Shown: positions 40,540 to 53,699 of the stretch, in pieces | Numbering within the stretch: position 1 is the first letter of the stretch | Layout of the letters: each line of letters begins with the position of its first letter | Assembly: GCA_011109175.1 (NCBI GenBank) | Contig: RDEW01000016.1 | Coordinates: 620,134-684,133 of the forward strand | Direction of reading: 5' to 3' | Origin: Dicyema japonicum | Lineage: Eukaryota > Animalia > Dicyemida | Length of the DNA: 64,000 nucleotides | Translations under genes and position numbers: made by a program | Notes under the pieces: model-generated | Told to the model about the DNA's origin: nothing | What the model saw: the letters and a program-made list of their open reading frames with translations, nothing else | Databases searched by the model: none

Positions 40540-40750
40540 TCCATTTCGTCGCACGTCATAGTTTCGCGCACATCACTTTATTCTTCGGCGGAATAGTATT
40601 CAAAATGTAATTTTTATCATAGGATTTGTTCAGGGAGAAGGAAGATCCCTTTCAACTACTGTGTCGTGCCAGAATGACTCGTCACCTCACGGGTGGAATT
40701 TGTTTTGACAAGAATTGACATTCGCTGAAAACCCCATGATTGCGGCTCTA
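40540..40750 (+). repeat. Dispersed repeat of unknown type, homologous to 31920-32200 (-)
   Basis: Direct sequence similarity, as described for 31920-32200. Confidence 0.6.
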
Positions 40751-41844
40751 TGTTCTTTGATTTATTACCAATGAGACTACATGCTTTCCTTAAACGATAC
40801 TTAAACTTGTCCATGTCTCGAAGAATATTAAAAAGATCCATTCACTTTTTCTATTCTTTAATCTAGAACACGCAAAGTTACCAGGAGTGTCTCTCAGCAA
40901 TATAGCGATCTCTTGGACTTTTATCTAAGATCGGCGTCAAGGCGGTTTCGTGTTCATTAATTTTTTTGGCTGTGGAAATAAAAAGCAAAATAAATACCTG
41001 CCCAAATACACAAATTGAGATATTGTCATCTCGCAATGCTTTTTGCTTCATATTTGAAAATAGTCAATCTCCACCGAAATGAGTATAATTATGTTAAGAA
41101 TAATAATTATGACTTTAAGGTATACCATATTGTTTTTATCACTAATTTGTAGCACACTGATGGACTGCAAATCCGAGACAATAATGTCGGCAGGCAAATG
41201 AGAGGGAAACACTGTGGAATTCCCAAACTGTTCTGTAAATTGTAAGGTCTTTTTTGTCTCTTGTAGACAGCATACAGGGATTTTGTATTCACATGCCAGT
41301 TTTGTTTTTTGTAAGGTTTTTTATATCCTATGCGATTAAAAGTTTCCATAGTGAACGAAGAAATTGGTAGGAATACGTATAAAACATAGTGCAATTTAAC
41401 CAGAATAACATAGAAATATACATAATGAATAAATTCAGATAATCCCAGCATTGCTAGCAGTCATCAATGCTCAGAAATTATGTAAGTGCCATTTAGTGGG
41501 AACTACACTGGATGGTTTTTGACTAATGGTACTTTTTTTATTATCATTGAGGATCTGGCTCCAACAAAGATGGTGAACCAATGAAGAACAGAATAAAAGT
41601 AAAACTTTCAAGTATACACTAGAACCAACTAACGTAGACGCAAAATTTTAACTGTTTAAATTATATTTTTGTAAGACAAAAATTACTACAAAAGTCTTTG
41701 ATCCTAAGATATTTGGTCAGAGAAACAAAATGAAAAGAACGGAATATCTGATGAAAGATAAAAAATAATAAATATTTATGAAATTCAAATAAAAAAATTA
41801 ATAAAATTTATATTAAGGTCATTAAAATATATTCAAGTTATAAA

Positions 41845-42780
41845 ATGGAAACACCTTCATTGTATGCAATATGCATTAATAATATTCGAAAATACTATGA
41901 TGAAGAAAGATATATAAAATTAAACGACAAGTCTAAAAAAATGTTGTCCAAAAGAATCCAAAATGAATTGAAATATTTGAGTTCATGTCCTGAGAACGAT
42001 AAGTTATTTCAAGATTCAAGTTTATATCCTATTTCGGAAGTAGTACAGAAGGACATTTTTTACATTGAGAAATATTTGAATTCATGTCCTGAGAACGATA
42101 AGTTATTTCAAGATTCAAGTTTATATCCTATTTCGGAAGTAGTACAGAAGGACATTTTTTACATAGAATTAACGCATGAAGATGTTGAAATAAAGGACGT
42201 TGTTAATATGATTCGAGTTTATCCAAATTTATCAAATATTACAATAAGAAGAATTTTTTCATACAAAAAGAATCCTTTACTTTCGATTTCCCCGAATGTG
42301 GTCAAATCATTCTCACTTTTGCGTTATGATGACCCAGATTTGCTACATTATCTATTTATGACTGGATTTAGAAAACTAATTCGTCTCAGACTCCTCGCAC
42401 AAAAAAAGTCTATGACTATTTATAAAAGCACACTAAAAATAATTGAAAAACTGGAACGCATAGATTTTCACAACGTCTTAGTTACCGATTTTGCTGAATT
42501 TAAGAAGGCATTAATAATCCAGAGTCTTTAAGGTGGATTTTGTTTCAAATCTAGATATTTTATACATACAAGTGATGGAAAACTAAAAGGATACGACTGT
42601 AATTTTTTTTCACTTTTTAAAAAAGCCAAAAATCTTACTTGCGCGAATTTTTCTGGATATTTTATTAAAAGAAAAATACTAAAAAAGTTAACCAAGTAGT
42701 TTACTTTAATAAATTTAGACTAGTCAGAAAAATTGGATTTAAAAAATTTCACCATAATGAAATTTTACTTTTCAGTAAAA
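41845..42780 (+). pseudogene. BC-box plus leucine-rich-repeat protein, decaying (in-frame stops after 42531)
   Basis: N-terminal PSLYAICINNI fits the (S/T/P)LxxxCxxxI BC-box. LRR-like segments YPNLSNITI, FRKLIRLRL and KLERIDF. The same frame continues past TAA with KAKNLTCANFSG and LINLD*SENWI*KI. Confidence 0.5.
41971..42168. repeat. Tandem duplication, 99-bp period (33 codons, in frame)
   Basis: KYL(S/N)SCPENDKLFQDSSLYPISEVVQKDIFYIE occurs twice. Confidence 0.95.
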
Positions 42781-43377
42781 ATATAAGTGATTCTGTATAT
42801 TTTATAAAAGAATGTAGAATGATCCGCAATCAATTATAAATAACCTTGTCTCGTCTATACAACATTTCGATAATAAAATAAAACTATTTACCTATGTTAT
42901 GCGAAAGATTAATTATGTTCATTTTAAAATTGAAAATAAATTATTAAACCCATTTTTGAAAGTATTCTAAAATATAAATTTAGTTTATACGTCGATTCAT
43001 GTATTTTGATATAGACTTCAGTACAACTATACAATAAAATAAAAAACCGAGCGATTCCACACTCTACCATTTGGTATCATATATCTCATCCATAGCTTTA
43101 TTTTTGAAATTTTTCTTGAGATGATCAGTTCTGACAATGCACACTCCGTATCACACTCTAATATTTTATTTTTAGACTTTTATTCAGTTTTTAGTCCATT
43201 TTAAACCGTGGAAGATCTCAATCTTTGTTTGTTAATTCTTATTTTAGCTCCCTGCACTGTCTGTTATGTTAATAAAACTTCATTACCCAGACAAATATTT
43301 TCAGCCTGATTGTAACTTAATAATGAAAAATATGAGTATCAATCTTATAGCTTATGTTGGCTATTCTGAAGGACTTG

Positions 43378-43567
43378 TCAAAGTTCATATTACAATATAA
43401 TTTTAGTTATGTGTTGAACGTTTTAAAACAGAAGACTTTCTTGATTCCACTAAATTTGATTTGTTATGTTTTTCAAAGTTCATATTACAATATAATTTTA
43501 GTTATGTGTTGAACGTTTTAAAACAGAAGACTTTCTTGATTCCACTAAATTTGATTTGTTATGTTTT
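43378..43567. repeat. Exact tandem duplication, 95-bp period
   Basis: TCAAAGTTCATATTACAATATAATTTTAG...GATTTGTTATGTTTT repeated at 43378 and 43473. Confidence 0.95.
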
Positions 43568-46379
43568 CTTCTAGGTATTTGAAATATATTTTGTTAGACG
43601 AAAATGAAAAGAACATGAAGATTTTTTTAGATTATAATGGAATTTATTATGTTTATTATTTTTTTCAAAAGATATTGCATACCTGATCTAGAATTTATAT
43701 TAATTCCAATCATTTACATCGTAGAAATTATAGCTAAATGTTCAAACTCCAGACATTTAATATGGACGTATGGTCTAATAAATTTAATATTGTAAAAATT
43801 TTTTTATTTAAAAGAGACATGGAATTAACTATTATCATCTTATAAACTTTTTCGTTTTTAGATGTATCTGCCAGATATTAAGAGACCCAAATGATATTTC
43901 CCTTATATTTATGAATTCTAATCATAGCGATTTGAATCCACGTGAGCTTATACTAAATAAAATTGTTCAGTTTATAAAAAATCATTGTACTGAAGTCGAA
44001 GATTATTTCAATAGGTTGATATTTCATAAGTTCTATCTTAAGGTCAATGAAATCCACAGTAAATTTATTGGATGCAAACACAGATGAACGAATTTGGCTT
44101 TGGGCTGTGTGGGAATGTGCTAATTTATTTAGGAGATATCGTTATTCCTTATTTTTATAATAGCAAGTAGACATGTGGGCATGCTTATTTCTCATAACAT
44201 TCTTATAAAAATTGAAAATATCTGTTTACTATCTAACATGAAAGAGATTCATTATTATGCAGAAATTTTTAGGACAAATTATAATGTTGTTATTTTTTTT
44301 AATTTAGTATTATATTAATCGACAGTAAAGTTAATTAATATTAATTACTTTATTAATAATATTACTAATAAATTAAATATTTGAATTTGTGTGACTGTTT
44401 TTCTACTAAGCACAAACATTTCCAATGGACCAATCTTCGAAGTACCCTAACAGAGAAATCAGTAAAAACGTAGATTTTGTGGTTCCTGGTTTGTTCGGAA
44501 CACAAAATCTGATGTACAACTTCTCAATCTTGTGCCGCTACAAATTTCCATTCCAATCTTCTCTCTTCACAGGCAATCAGTGATACACTCAAGTATGTTG
44601 ACAAACTCAATTGGGTCGTTGATGTAGTCATGGCTGCTCAAAAAAGATTCAACATAATTCCTCATGGAGGATTGCCGATGATTACACGTACATATAACAA
44701 AAAGATTCCCATTAGTGGTGGATTTGAAGACATTCAAAAAGTTCAATGATTGACTAATATCTACAATAAATAAGAGCAGTTGGAAATATGGAATAGAGAC
44801 AAAACCGAATAAGCAACTTATATCATATTGGCCAATTTATGGCTTAAAGTTCACGTCATGTGTTTAAAAACACAATTTTGCCGAAAAATTGGCTAATTCT
44901 CAAATTGGGCCAAGATGAGGTCCTGACAGAGCGTGCTGGGATCTCGTGATTAGTTAGTTTGTGTAACCGTGGTCTCTGGTGTTATATTAATAATATTTTT
45001 TTTAATTTTAATATCTTGTTGTTGTGGACATGGTGGTTTCTTGTAAGAAAAGAAAAAAATGTTTCAGTCGACCTATCTACGAATATTACTAAAAGAAAAA
45101 ACAAAAGGACCGTAGAGAATGTGGTCGATGACTTCACCAAAACGCAAGAAGTTGTCAATATTGACCTTAAAGAACATCTCTCTCTACAATGTCTAGTTAC
45201 AAAGTTCACACTGTGGACCGGATGCAATGGGCTGTGGGGATCGTTGAGTCTGCAACATCAAAATTCAAGAGGATTTCCCGTGGTGGATGGCCTCTGATAA
45301 CGAAAGCTTTTAACTTGAGATTTTGGAAATTAAGTCCATTGCCGATTTCAAGTGCTTGCTTTCCTCCAAATCCTTTGTGGTCTGTCAGTGGAAGAAAAAC
45401 AGTTGGTAAAAGTTTCAAACTTTGGAAAACGTTTTGGTGAGTTTTGTTGCCAATTTGCAAAATTACTCACCTCATGAAGGAACTTTTGTGTACTTGCAAC
45501 GAAGATTCCCAGACAAATTTTAGAAAGGAGATTCTGTGTGGAATTAAAGCATCAATTAAAAAATATAATGATTCCTTGCCAAGCTTGGATATCTACGATA
45601 TCACTGATATCATATATTCTGGGCATTGTATTTAAGAGGCTCTTACCGAGAAAGACACGAAAGAAGTAGGGAAGAATCAAAGACAAACAAACTCACTAAA
45701 CTTAAGCAACAACTTGAGCAACTTCAAGTGGCTTGTGAAATAAACCGGAAGAATCAATTTGAAGAAAAAATTTCCCTCATTGCTGATTATTCGGAGAGTA
45801 CCATTTGACAGAAAAAAACAAGGAGGACCATAACACGATTAGCTCTGGGCAATTAGTCATAAGAGACGTATCGTGCGCTTAGCTTCCTCCTCCGACCAAT
45901 TTTTACTGATTATTTTTACAGTGGTACCTAGTATCGTCGTCTCGCTATTTTGCTAGATGATAGGCCGAAAACGGTAGGGATCTCAGAAGCGACCATATTC
46001 CTCAAAAACTATTTATTAACATTAAGCAGGATATCACGGAAGATGTTTTCCTGAGGTTAAACATATCTCGAGTGGATTGGCCCATGATTTTCATGTTGAA
46101 TAATTGTGATTTACCTAAAGAATTTTCAATAAAATCAACGGGGGCCAGCTGTTTGAAGAAAAATCTCTAATTTTCAGGTCACCAACGAATGAACATAGTG
46201 GATTCCCTTATTCTTGTCTGAACCTGTGGAATTTATAGCCATTCATTCCTATTGACTTCTCTGATAATGGAGTGACGAGTGTAGGATATGTTCGACTTTG
46301 TAAACAGCCATGTCTCAATAAACATCAGGCCAACTAACTACTTAAAAGCCATAATATCAGAAAACTGTAAATCATTATT

Positions 46380-47226
46380 ATAATATTAATAATTGAATAC
46401 TCAAATCTGTAATTGATAATAACGTCTTCCGTTGTATTATAGCAAATATTACAGCAATTCCATCACCACACAAACAGCTATTATAAATTCGTTTTCTAAA
46501 TTTAACTCAATATTACTGAATGCCTGAGAGTTCGTTGTACTTCGAGTACCATGGCTTGTCATATAACTCCAAGTTGTGAAGGTCTTTAAATATGTATTCA
46601 AGTGTGTTGACTTGTATTTTAGATTTTCATATTTTTCAAAATCACATCCGAGTCCTAATGTTGGTTATTATAAGTTACCGTTTCCAGTGAATAATGTATT
46701 ATCATCTTTTTTTGATATTTGCATTTTCATGTCTTTTATATTTATACTTCCATATTTAGGAATAGTTGCAACTGTTTCACTGCTGTTATAATAACCATTA
46801 GTCGAAATTTCCCACTTTTCACTGAACTGATCTGTATGATTGGAAATCAATGTTAATTCCCAAGAAAAGTAAGATATATTGTTTGCTCCAAAGAAGACTG
46901 ACATTGTTAATTCTATATCATTTTTCTTCCATATAAGCTCACATAGGAAATTTTCAGCAAAACTAAATTCAAAAAATGCGTCATTTAAATTTTCATATTT
47001 CATCTTTGTAAATATAATGTGATTACAGTATTATTGATTATATATTCAACGTCAATTATTCCACTGAATAACATTACGACCCGTTCGTCCACCAATGCAG
47101 CCACAAGGGAACATTATTGTACAACATTTTAAAAGTCTTGATATTATTCATCACTGATTTATTGATTATTAAACACGTGTATATTCCTATTATTGATAAA
47201 TTTTGTACAGCTAGCAATTGGAGCAT
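46380..47226 (-). pseudogene. Single-domain LAMP-like paralogue with apparent frameshifts
   Basis: MLQLLAV..NVPLW/ALVDERVVMLFSGIIDVEYIINNT|MKYE..LIWKKNDIELTMSVFF..IKDMKMQISK..GN|GLGC, then a TM-like IIAVC/GIAVIFAII. The intron after the I.I.Y..N motif is in the same position as in the other paralogues. Confidence 0.55.
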
Positions 47227-47559
47227 TCTCACAGCAAATGTTCTAATTATGAATTATTTTTTTCAAATAAAGTGGAAATTAAAGTTTTAAAAAACAAATT
47301 AATTTTTATAGAATTTTTATAAAGCGTTTCAACATTTCACTTAATACTTATAAGTCTGATGCAATATCTACATTAACTAGATGTGCCCCCGAATTTCGCT
47401 CTTATGGATTCTGAGTTTGCCATCAATTTGGTTTCTAAAATAAATGAAAGACTATTTTAATTTTTTATATTTAATTTTATTGCAAAAGCTTTAAATAATT
47501 GATCAAATTGGAAGAATTTAATGTCCTTGCAACGTCTCACCATGGAATTATTCCAAAGA

Positions 47560-48080
47560 CCAAGGGTAAACACTAACTAATCCCGTGTTCCCGATACATT
47601 CAAGTAGAGCCCTTATCCAAGCGAAATGATCAAGAGTAGTTTGTCCTGGAAGTGAGGTCGAAGTCAGAACTCGTTGCCCATAAGCGCAATAGTCTCTCGG
47701 TGGAATGAAGAGATGGATTCTTATGAATACAATCAAGATATTGTCGTCACCTAGGTTAAGTGGATCAGATGATAACACTAGAAAAAAAGAGATATTCAAT
47801 CTAATAGCCATATGGCACTACGTTTTTTTAGCGATGGCAATTGAGATTAACTGGAGAAGTTATTTCGATTCTGGTTCGTCATGGCTCATAGGTGTTGCTA
47901 CTGTTCAAACCTTTTGAGTAAATGAATTCCTATTTATTTCTCCAATCGTCTCAACCACGACGGCACAAAACGTGTACCAGTTTGGTCAAGATGTCTTTTG
48001 TATTATTACTCCTAAACCTCCTCAGCTTTAGCAGCGGCATCTGTTCGTTAATCTTTCTGAGGTTCTTAGACATGGAAAGC
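47560..48080 (+). mobile_element. I/Nimb-like LINE 3' fragment
   Basis: Nucleotide similarity to 57890-58100 (CAGAACTCGT.GCC; AGTGGATCA; ATAGCCA.ATGGCAC). Confidence 0.55.
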
Positions 48081-48189
48081 TATAATATCCATATCAGTTG
48101 ACGTCACATTTCATATCTAAAGTCGTTGTCTGATGAAGACAGTATCGTCAAGATGGATCACAAAAAAGGTCATTAATCCAACCACAACT

Positions 48190-48275
48190 CAATGCAGTAA
48201 TAGTCTATAAAAAATTAGAAAAATACCAACAGTGGGTTTCGAACCCAGACATCCGAAGATATCAACACCTTGTCT
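48190..48275 (-). pseudogene. tRNA-Leu-like degenerate sequence (3' half), copy 1
   Basis: The minus strand has the variable-arm hairpin ATC-TTCG-GAT followed by CTGGGTTCGAAACCCAC (T arm). About 80 bp are shared with 48700-48780. Confidence 0.45.
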
Positions 48276-48699
48276 ATCTCCTATATCTGTCGGTCTGACT
48301 TCTAAATGATTTATATCTCTGATTTCTGCACATTCTGTAGGATTTGAAGAATCTTTTTAATCAGCAACTGATTTTATCTGACGAGAATAGATATACAGAA
48401 AATGCTAATTCCTGGGGACAGGATTTTGGACCACTAAAGCGACAAGTAATACTGTTTGGTCTCATTGTTTTATCGTCAAATTTAACTTTGGTGGGGGTTC
48501 GAAGTGGACCGGAATAATGAATTGTTTGTTTTAAGGATGAAACTGCGCTTATTTTTTTTCAGAAAATTTTCTTTTGTGTTTTCCAAAATATTTTTCTCAC
48601 AACAACCATAAGCTGAGAGGTTTTTACAAAAAAATAACTGTTTTAAAAAATCTATAAACTTACATTTTTAAAATATCAAAATCTACTAAAAATATCAAT

Positions 48700-48810
48700 G
48701 CAGTAATAGTCTATAAAAAATTAGAAAAATGCAAACAGTGAGTTTCGAACCCAGACATTCGAAGATAACAACACCTAAGGAGAGACTTAGACCGCTCTAA
48801 ATGTTGCGAA
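48700..48810 (-). pseudogene. tRNA-Leu-like degenerate sequence, copy 2
   Basis: The minus strand reads GAGCGGTCTAAG (D arm), CTTAGGT (TAG anticodon-like), a long variable arm, GGGTTCGAAACTC, and an imperfect GCAA(A)CA/TGTTTGC acceptor stem. The anticodon stem is unpaired. Confidence 0.5.
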
Positions 48811-49089
48811 TAAAAGGACATGTTTTCATAAAAGAATTATTATTAATTATTAAAAACCACTTTCATAGAACCAAAAAACGTTGTATTAACTAAGGTCCCG
48901 TTTGTGCAACACGTTTCACAATCAGCTTCACTAGGCGTCTCCATCGCCCTCTGCTTTGCGCATCTGACCTTAGATCTTCTAGGTCTTCTGCAGATTTAAG
49001 ATTTCTATTTTACCCACGTACATAAATTTTGATATTTACTGATGACGTCATAATTTATGATGTTTCTTTAAACCCTTTGGTATCTGAGA

Positions 49090-49660
49090 ACCGTTCGAAA
49101 ACGTACATGGACCAGATTGAAAAGTGGTGCAATTAAAACTTCATTTTGGTGGCACGTGAGAAGTCAGGAATGCTGAGGATAACTTGAAGCAGTATGATGG
49201 CTAACCTAAAGAGCTTGTTAAAAGACATACCTCGGAAGAAGACTATGAAATACCTTGGCATCCTAATTGACTAGGGAGGTAATTTCATGGAACATGCTAA
49301 AATACGAAAGAAAAAAGCTACGAACGCTCTTTACTGAGTAAGAAAATTAAAGCTTGAGCCGGAGACCTTTGTTTATGTCTTCAACACTGCGATACTACTT
49401 GCACTGTTATACGGTTTAGAAAGATGGTACGATTCGAAAAAGATAGACTCCATCCTCAAGAAAATTGGGAAAACGCGAAATTTCGCTCTAAAGCTTTCTT
49501 ACGGGATAAGTCCTCGTATGCCAATTCCCCTATGGGTAGAAGGAAAAATGTGCAAGGTTGGCGGAACTATCGAAAATCTTATTCGAACAAAAGTATCATA
49601 TTTTCTAAGATGACCCTGCGTTTACGGATTTTTTTGGGGAGACTGTCGAGGTAGAAGTCG
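49090..49660 (+). mobile_element. APE-type LINE RT C-terminal fragment
   Basis: MKYLGILID.GGNFMEHAKIRKKKA..RKLKLEP; homologous to 15500-15800. Confidence 0.65.
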
Positions 49661-49699
49661 ATTGGCATGCCCTACTCTTTCATATTACTTCCCCATCAT

Positions 49700-52150
49700 T
49701 TAATTTAAAGGGCTTTTTCGTTATAATAACTTATTTTACTTTACCTTAACTTTAAGATTTCTTCTAATTCCATTTAGATCTTTGTTCAGAACCACGGGTA
49801 GAGTGACTCTGGGTCTTCCTCTGAATGATGGTTTTTTCTCATTGTTAAAGTAATTGTCCATTATAATATTTGCAAAGGCGTTATGTCCAGTCTGAGCACG
49901 TGCCCGAACAGTCTCCACCTTGATTCAATAATGTCTTATTGGCTTCGATTATGCCACAGAGTATAATTTTTTATTTGAAATCTTCTTGGACGAACCTAGG
50001 CCCATTAAATTGCGTAATTGTTTGCAATGAAATATATCCATTTTCTTGAGCTCTAGCTCTGTGACTTTCCATGTACCCGAGTTGTACATAAGCACCGGAT
50101 TTATATATGAGTTGTATAGTCTTATTCTTAGATTTGTTTTTATTAGTTTTCGTCGACTCCATATCTTCTGCATTTTTTTATACATGGCAGTGGCTAGAAC
50201 TCTTTCATACATCACGTCCTCACTATCATCAAGTAAAGATCCTAATTTCCTTTTTTTTCTCAAATTTTCATCAATATATTTTGATTCCCTCGTGATTATT
50301 ATGTGTTCAGTCTTTTCCTATTAACACGCAAAGATCAATTATTAAATTCTCCAGGGATTTTCTCTAAAGCAAGTCAAAGTTCCAGATCATTTTCTGACAC
50401 AAAACCTCTGCATATATAATCTCCATCGGAATGCATCTTTCACATATTGTTCTAAGTGCTCTCAATGCCGCTTCCAGGTATGAGAATAATAGAACCGGAT
50501 ATATAGAGTCTCCCTGAGGTATTCCAACTGTTGTCCCAAAAGGCTTCGATGTTGTGTTTCCAACTCTTACAGTTAATTCAGTGTTCGAAAATAGGAAACG
50601 GACAAGTTTTGTGTTATCCTCATCAAGAAAACTCACAGCAACGTCCAACAATGTTTTTCTGTTGACAGTGTCAAACGCACTGGACATGTCCACACCCAAA
50701 ATCTAAAAATCATTCCTGTATCGTTGACACATGGCACCTGTGGGACAAAACAGCATCTGCGGTCGAGCGTCCATTTCTGAACCCACTTTTCCCGGCAACA
50801 AAAATTTATAAACATAAGAAGATATCCGACTAAGGGTTATCAGAGATTGTATCTTCCTCAATGATCTCAGTAATATCACAGGTCTTAGATTTTTTATCGG
50901 TCCCTTGCTATTTCCTGGTTTATGCAGAGGAATCAAAATTCCATCATCAAGTTTCAAAGAGGAATGCGCCTCAAATACCATATTGAAAATCTATGTAATA
51001 AGGGTTGTCAGTTCGCCTGGTGCATACTTGATCATTTCTCAATGGATGTTGTCTGGTCCCGCTGCCTTGTTGTTTAATTTAATGATTGCCAGGTTAGATT
51101 CCTCTGTAGATATGGTAGATTCTGGCTTCTTGGTGATTTCTTAAATGGTCCACATCTGAGGTTTCACTTTCATTCAAAAGTCCTGAAAAATGTTCGGTAA
51201 TAATCTCAGTTTTTTCTTTATTATCCAATACATTTCTTCCTTGATTGTCGTAATTACAAATATTCGTAGGTTGAACTCCCTCTGTAAAAGAAGAAACTGC
51301 TCGAAACATTTGTGTTCCGTATCCCTTCTTCTAATTTCCTTGACAATACGACTTCTTTCTCTTCTTAACTCGTTGTAAGTATTATTATTTGTACTAATTC
51401 CATTCTCATCCGAAAATTTTTTTGTTTAATTTATAATGATCCAATTTCGTTATCGAAGACCCCTTTAATTCTTTCCGGGCTTTTTTCCCAAAGCACGTCG
51501 AAACTTTCCTTCTTTATTCCATCAACAGTAGCATTCCAAATCATCTCTGGGGGATTTTCCATATTTATGTTCACAATCTCCTTCTTAATTGCCATACAAT
51601 AATCTTCACGCGTCTTCTCACATAATTTTTCCACAATAAAAGATAAGCTCTCTTCTTTCTAGCTCCATCTATTCCGAAATATCTTCTTAATTGCCATACA
51701 ATAATCTTCACGCGTCTTCTCACATAATTTTTCCACAATAAAAGATAAGCTCTCTTCTTTCTAGCTCCATCTATTCCGAAATATCTTTTCATTCTGAAAC
51801 GTGCAACCAGCAGTTTGTGATCACTATAAGTGATGGTACCTCCATAGCTGCGGGAGTCTGTTAGTAAAGCACGAAGAGATCTTTTACAAATAACATATTC
51901 AATCTGGTTGTATATCCGGACATAGTCACCATTTCCATCCATTCTGAGTCCAGTCCACATAGTCTTATGCCTCGCATTGTGATTGAATGCAGAATTACAA
52001 ATGAACTAGTCAAACATGTTACAAAATTACACGAGCGATTCTCCTGACATATTCCTTTTCCCCCTGGCATGTATACCCATAAAAGGTTCTCACCACGGAC
52101 AGTATCCCACTTTAGCATTTCAATCACCACACAGAAAGGTCATAAACGAG
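49700..52150 (-). mobile_element. RTE-like LINE, large decayed fragment (endonuclease end, RT, C-terminus)
   Basis: YNQIEYVICK..SDHKL, LRPVILL, GVDMSSAFDTV, GIPQGDS, LYNSYINPVLMYNSGTW and FRGRPR motifs. Confidence 0.85.
51580..51787. repeat. Exact tandem duplication, 102-bp period, inside the RTE element
   Basis: CTTCTTAATTGCCATACAAT...CTATTCCGAAATAT repeated at 51581 and 51683. Confidence 0.95.
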
Positions 52151-52267
52151 CCTTTGAGATCAGAGATAATATTTGTTTAGTGACATATAAAACAGATCTA
52201 GTTCATCGGGATTTGTAGAAACCCTCGCCATTGTGGGCGCGTAGACATTAATTGTGAATATAAGGAA

Positions 52268-53370
52268 TTATCAGAATTGCATCTAGTAAAACAATACAAA
52301 GAAAATATTAATTTTAACATTTTTTGCGCAATGATAGACGCTCTTGCGTTTTTACCTATTCAAGATATGGAAGAAAGAATAGAATTCCTAATGAATAATA
52401 TACCAGAAAATGTTCCAGATTCAAAATATATATTAGATTATTTTGATCGAACATATGTTCGCGGTTATTATCGTTGCTTAAATGATCGAGAAAACCCCTT
52501 AGCTGATAGAATACAGCACATTGCTCCATTGTTTCCTCCAAATTTATGGAATGTGTATGAAGCTACACTCAATAATAAACAAAGAACAAATAACTATTGT
52601 GAAGGGTGGAACAATAAATTATACAATTTGACGGGATATCGTCATCCATCGATATGGAATATTATATCGTCATTCCAAAAAAAAGAAAAAATGACGAAAA
52701 CTATTATTTACTAGGATTCCTTTGGAAAAAGAATTTCAACAAGAACAAATAAAAAAACGATTGATAGACAAAAAAGGCTTTTAAATATATGTCTGGATCG
52801 CCAGGACGGAAAAAACAGTAGGAGAAGTCCTAAAAGCAATTGCATGGAATATTAAATATTCTTTTGATTCACATTAAATAATCCCTTGATTCACGTTAAA
52901 TAAAAATCATATGTTTATAACATTTTAAATATTTAAAAAAATTTTAAAGTAGAAAAAATCTGTTTTATTTTTAGAATTTATTTCCACCACGTGTAGTTTT
53001 AGTTGTGGCGGGACATTTTAATGCAATTACAAGCTAAGGCATTAACATTAGCCAAAATTAACTATTTAAATAATTTGTTATTCTAAACTCGCTTACTTTA
53101 AAATGAAACGATCATGAATAAAAATCTTAATTTATAAACGGAAAAAAAAGTCCGTTAGCGAAATTACGGACTTGACTTTTTTTCCGTATTTCGCAAAATT
53201 TCGAAAATTTATAAGGGAAAAAATTCAAAAATGGAAAAAAAATCAAGTGGAAAAAAGTCAAATATTGAAAAAACTATTAAAAATTAAAAGATGCTAGTGG
53301 TATCACAAAAATGCGATATAAACTAAAAAAAGACAACTTGACTTTTTTACCGCTTGACCTTTTTTTCCTA
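52268..53370 (+). mobile_element. Mutator-like (MULE) transposase C-terminal remnant with probable subterminal repeats
   Basis: DALAFLP..LDYFDRTYV..PLFPPNLWNVY..RTNNYCEGWNNKL..HPSIW. Repeated CTTGAC(T/C)TTTTT and AAAAAAGTCAA motifs at 53140-53370. Confidence 0.8.
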
Positions 53371-53379
53371 CAATCGTCC

Positions 53380-53660
53380 GCTGCTGTGTGGAAAGCAGCC
53401 CTGCCATCGATCTTGAGCTTTTCCAGTCTGAGCATTTCCAGGCCTTTGAATCCTCTTAAGTAAATTCCAATAGAAGGCTTATTTATAAATAATCCTTGAA
53501 CCATGTGGACCACTGTGTCACGGACCACGTGTGAGACGTCTTCATAGTCGTCGTTCTTTCGTAAGTCACGTGTTGTGCTACTAACTTTAACTGCCGCCCG
53601 TTTAGATCTTTTTGTGCTAACTTTTTGAACCATACTCCGCATAATGAAGTGGTCAGATGT
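53380..53660 (-). mobile_element. RTE-like fragment following the SDH endonuclease motif
   Basis: SDHFIMRSMV... immediately upstream of the 53277-53642 ORF. Confidence 0.45.
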
Positions 53661-53699
53661 TTACACCTACATCTCTACCGCCAATATGAAACAAGAAAA

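Noticed and set aside
42529-42780. Alternative genetic code (TAA/TAG reassignment)
   Set aside because: Intact genes end properly at TAA (DNAJB13, ATP6V1G), TAG (APEH) and TGA (PI4KB) and have no internal stops once spliced. In-frame stops occur only in decayed sequences.
44930-46300. Penelope-like element or host gene
   Set aside because: Several short ORFs and a weak GLNF-like motif, but no RT or GIY-YIG motif could be confirmed; probably decayed repeat DNA.
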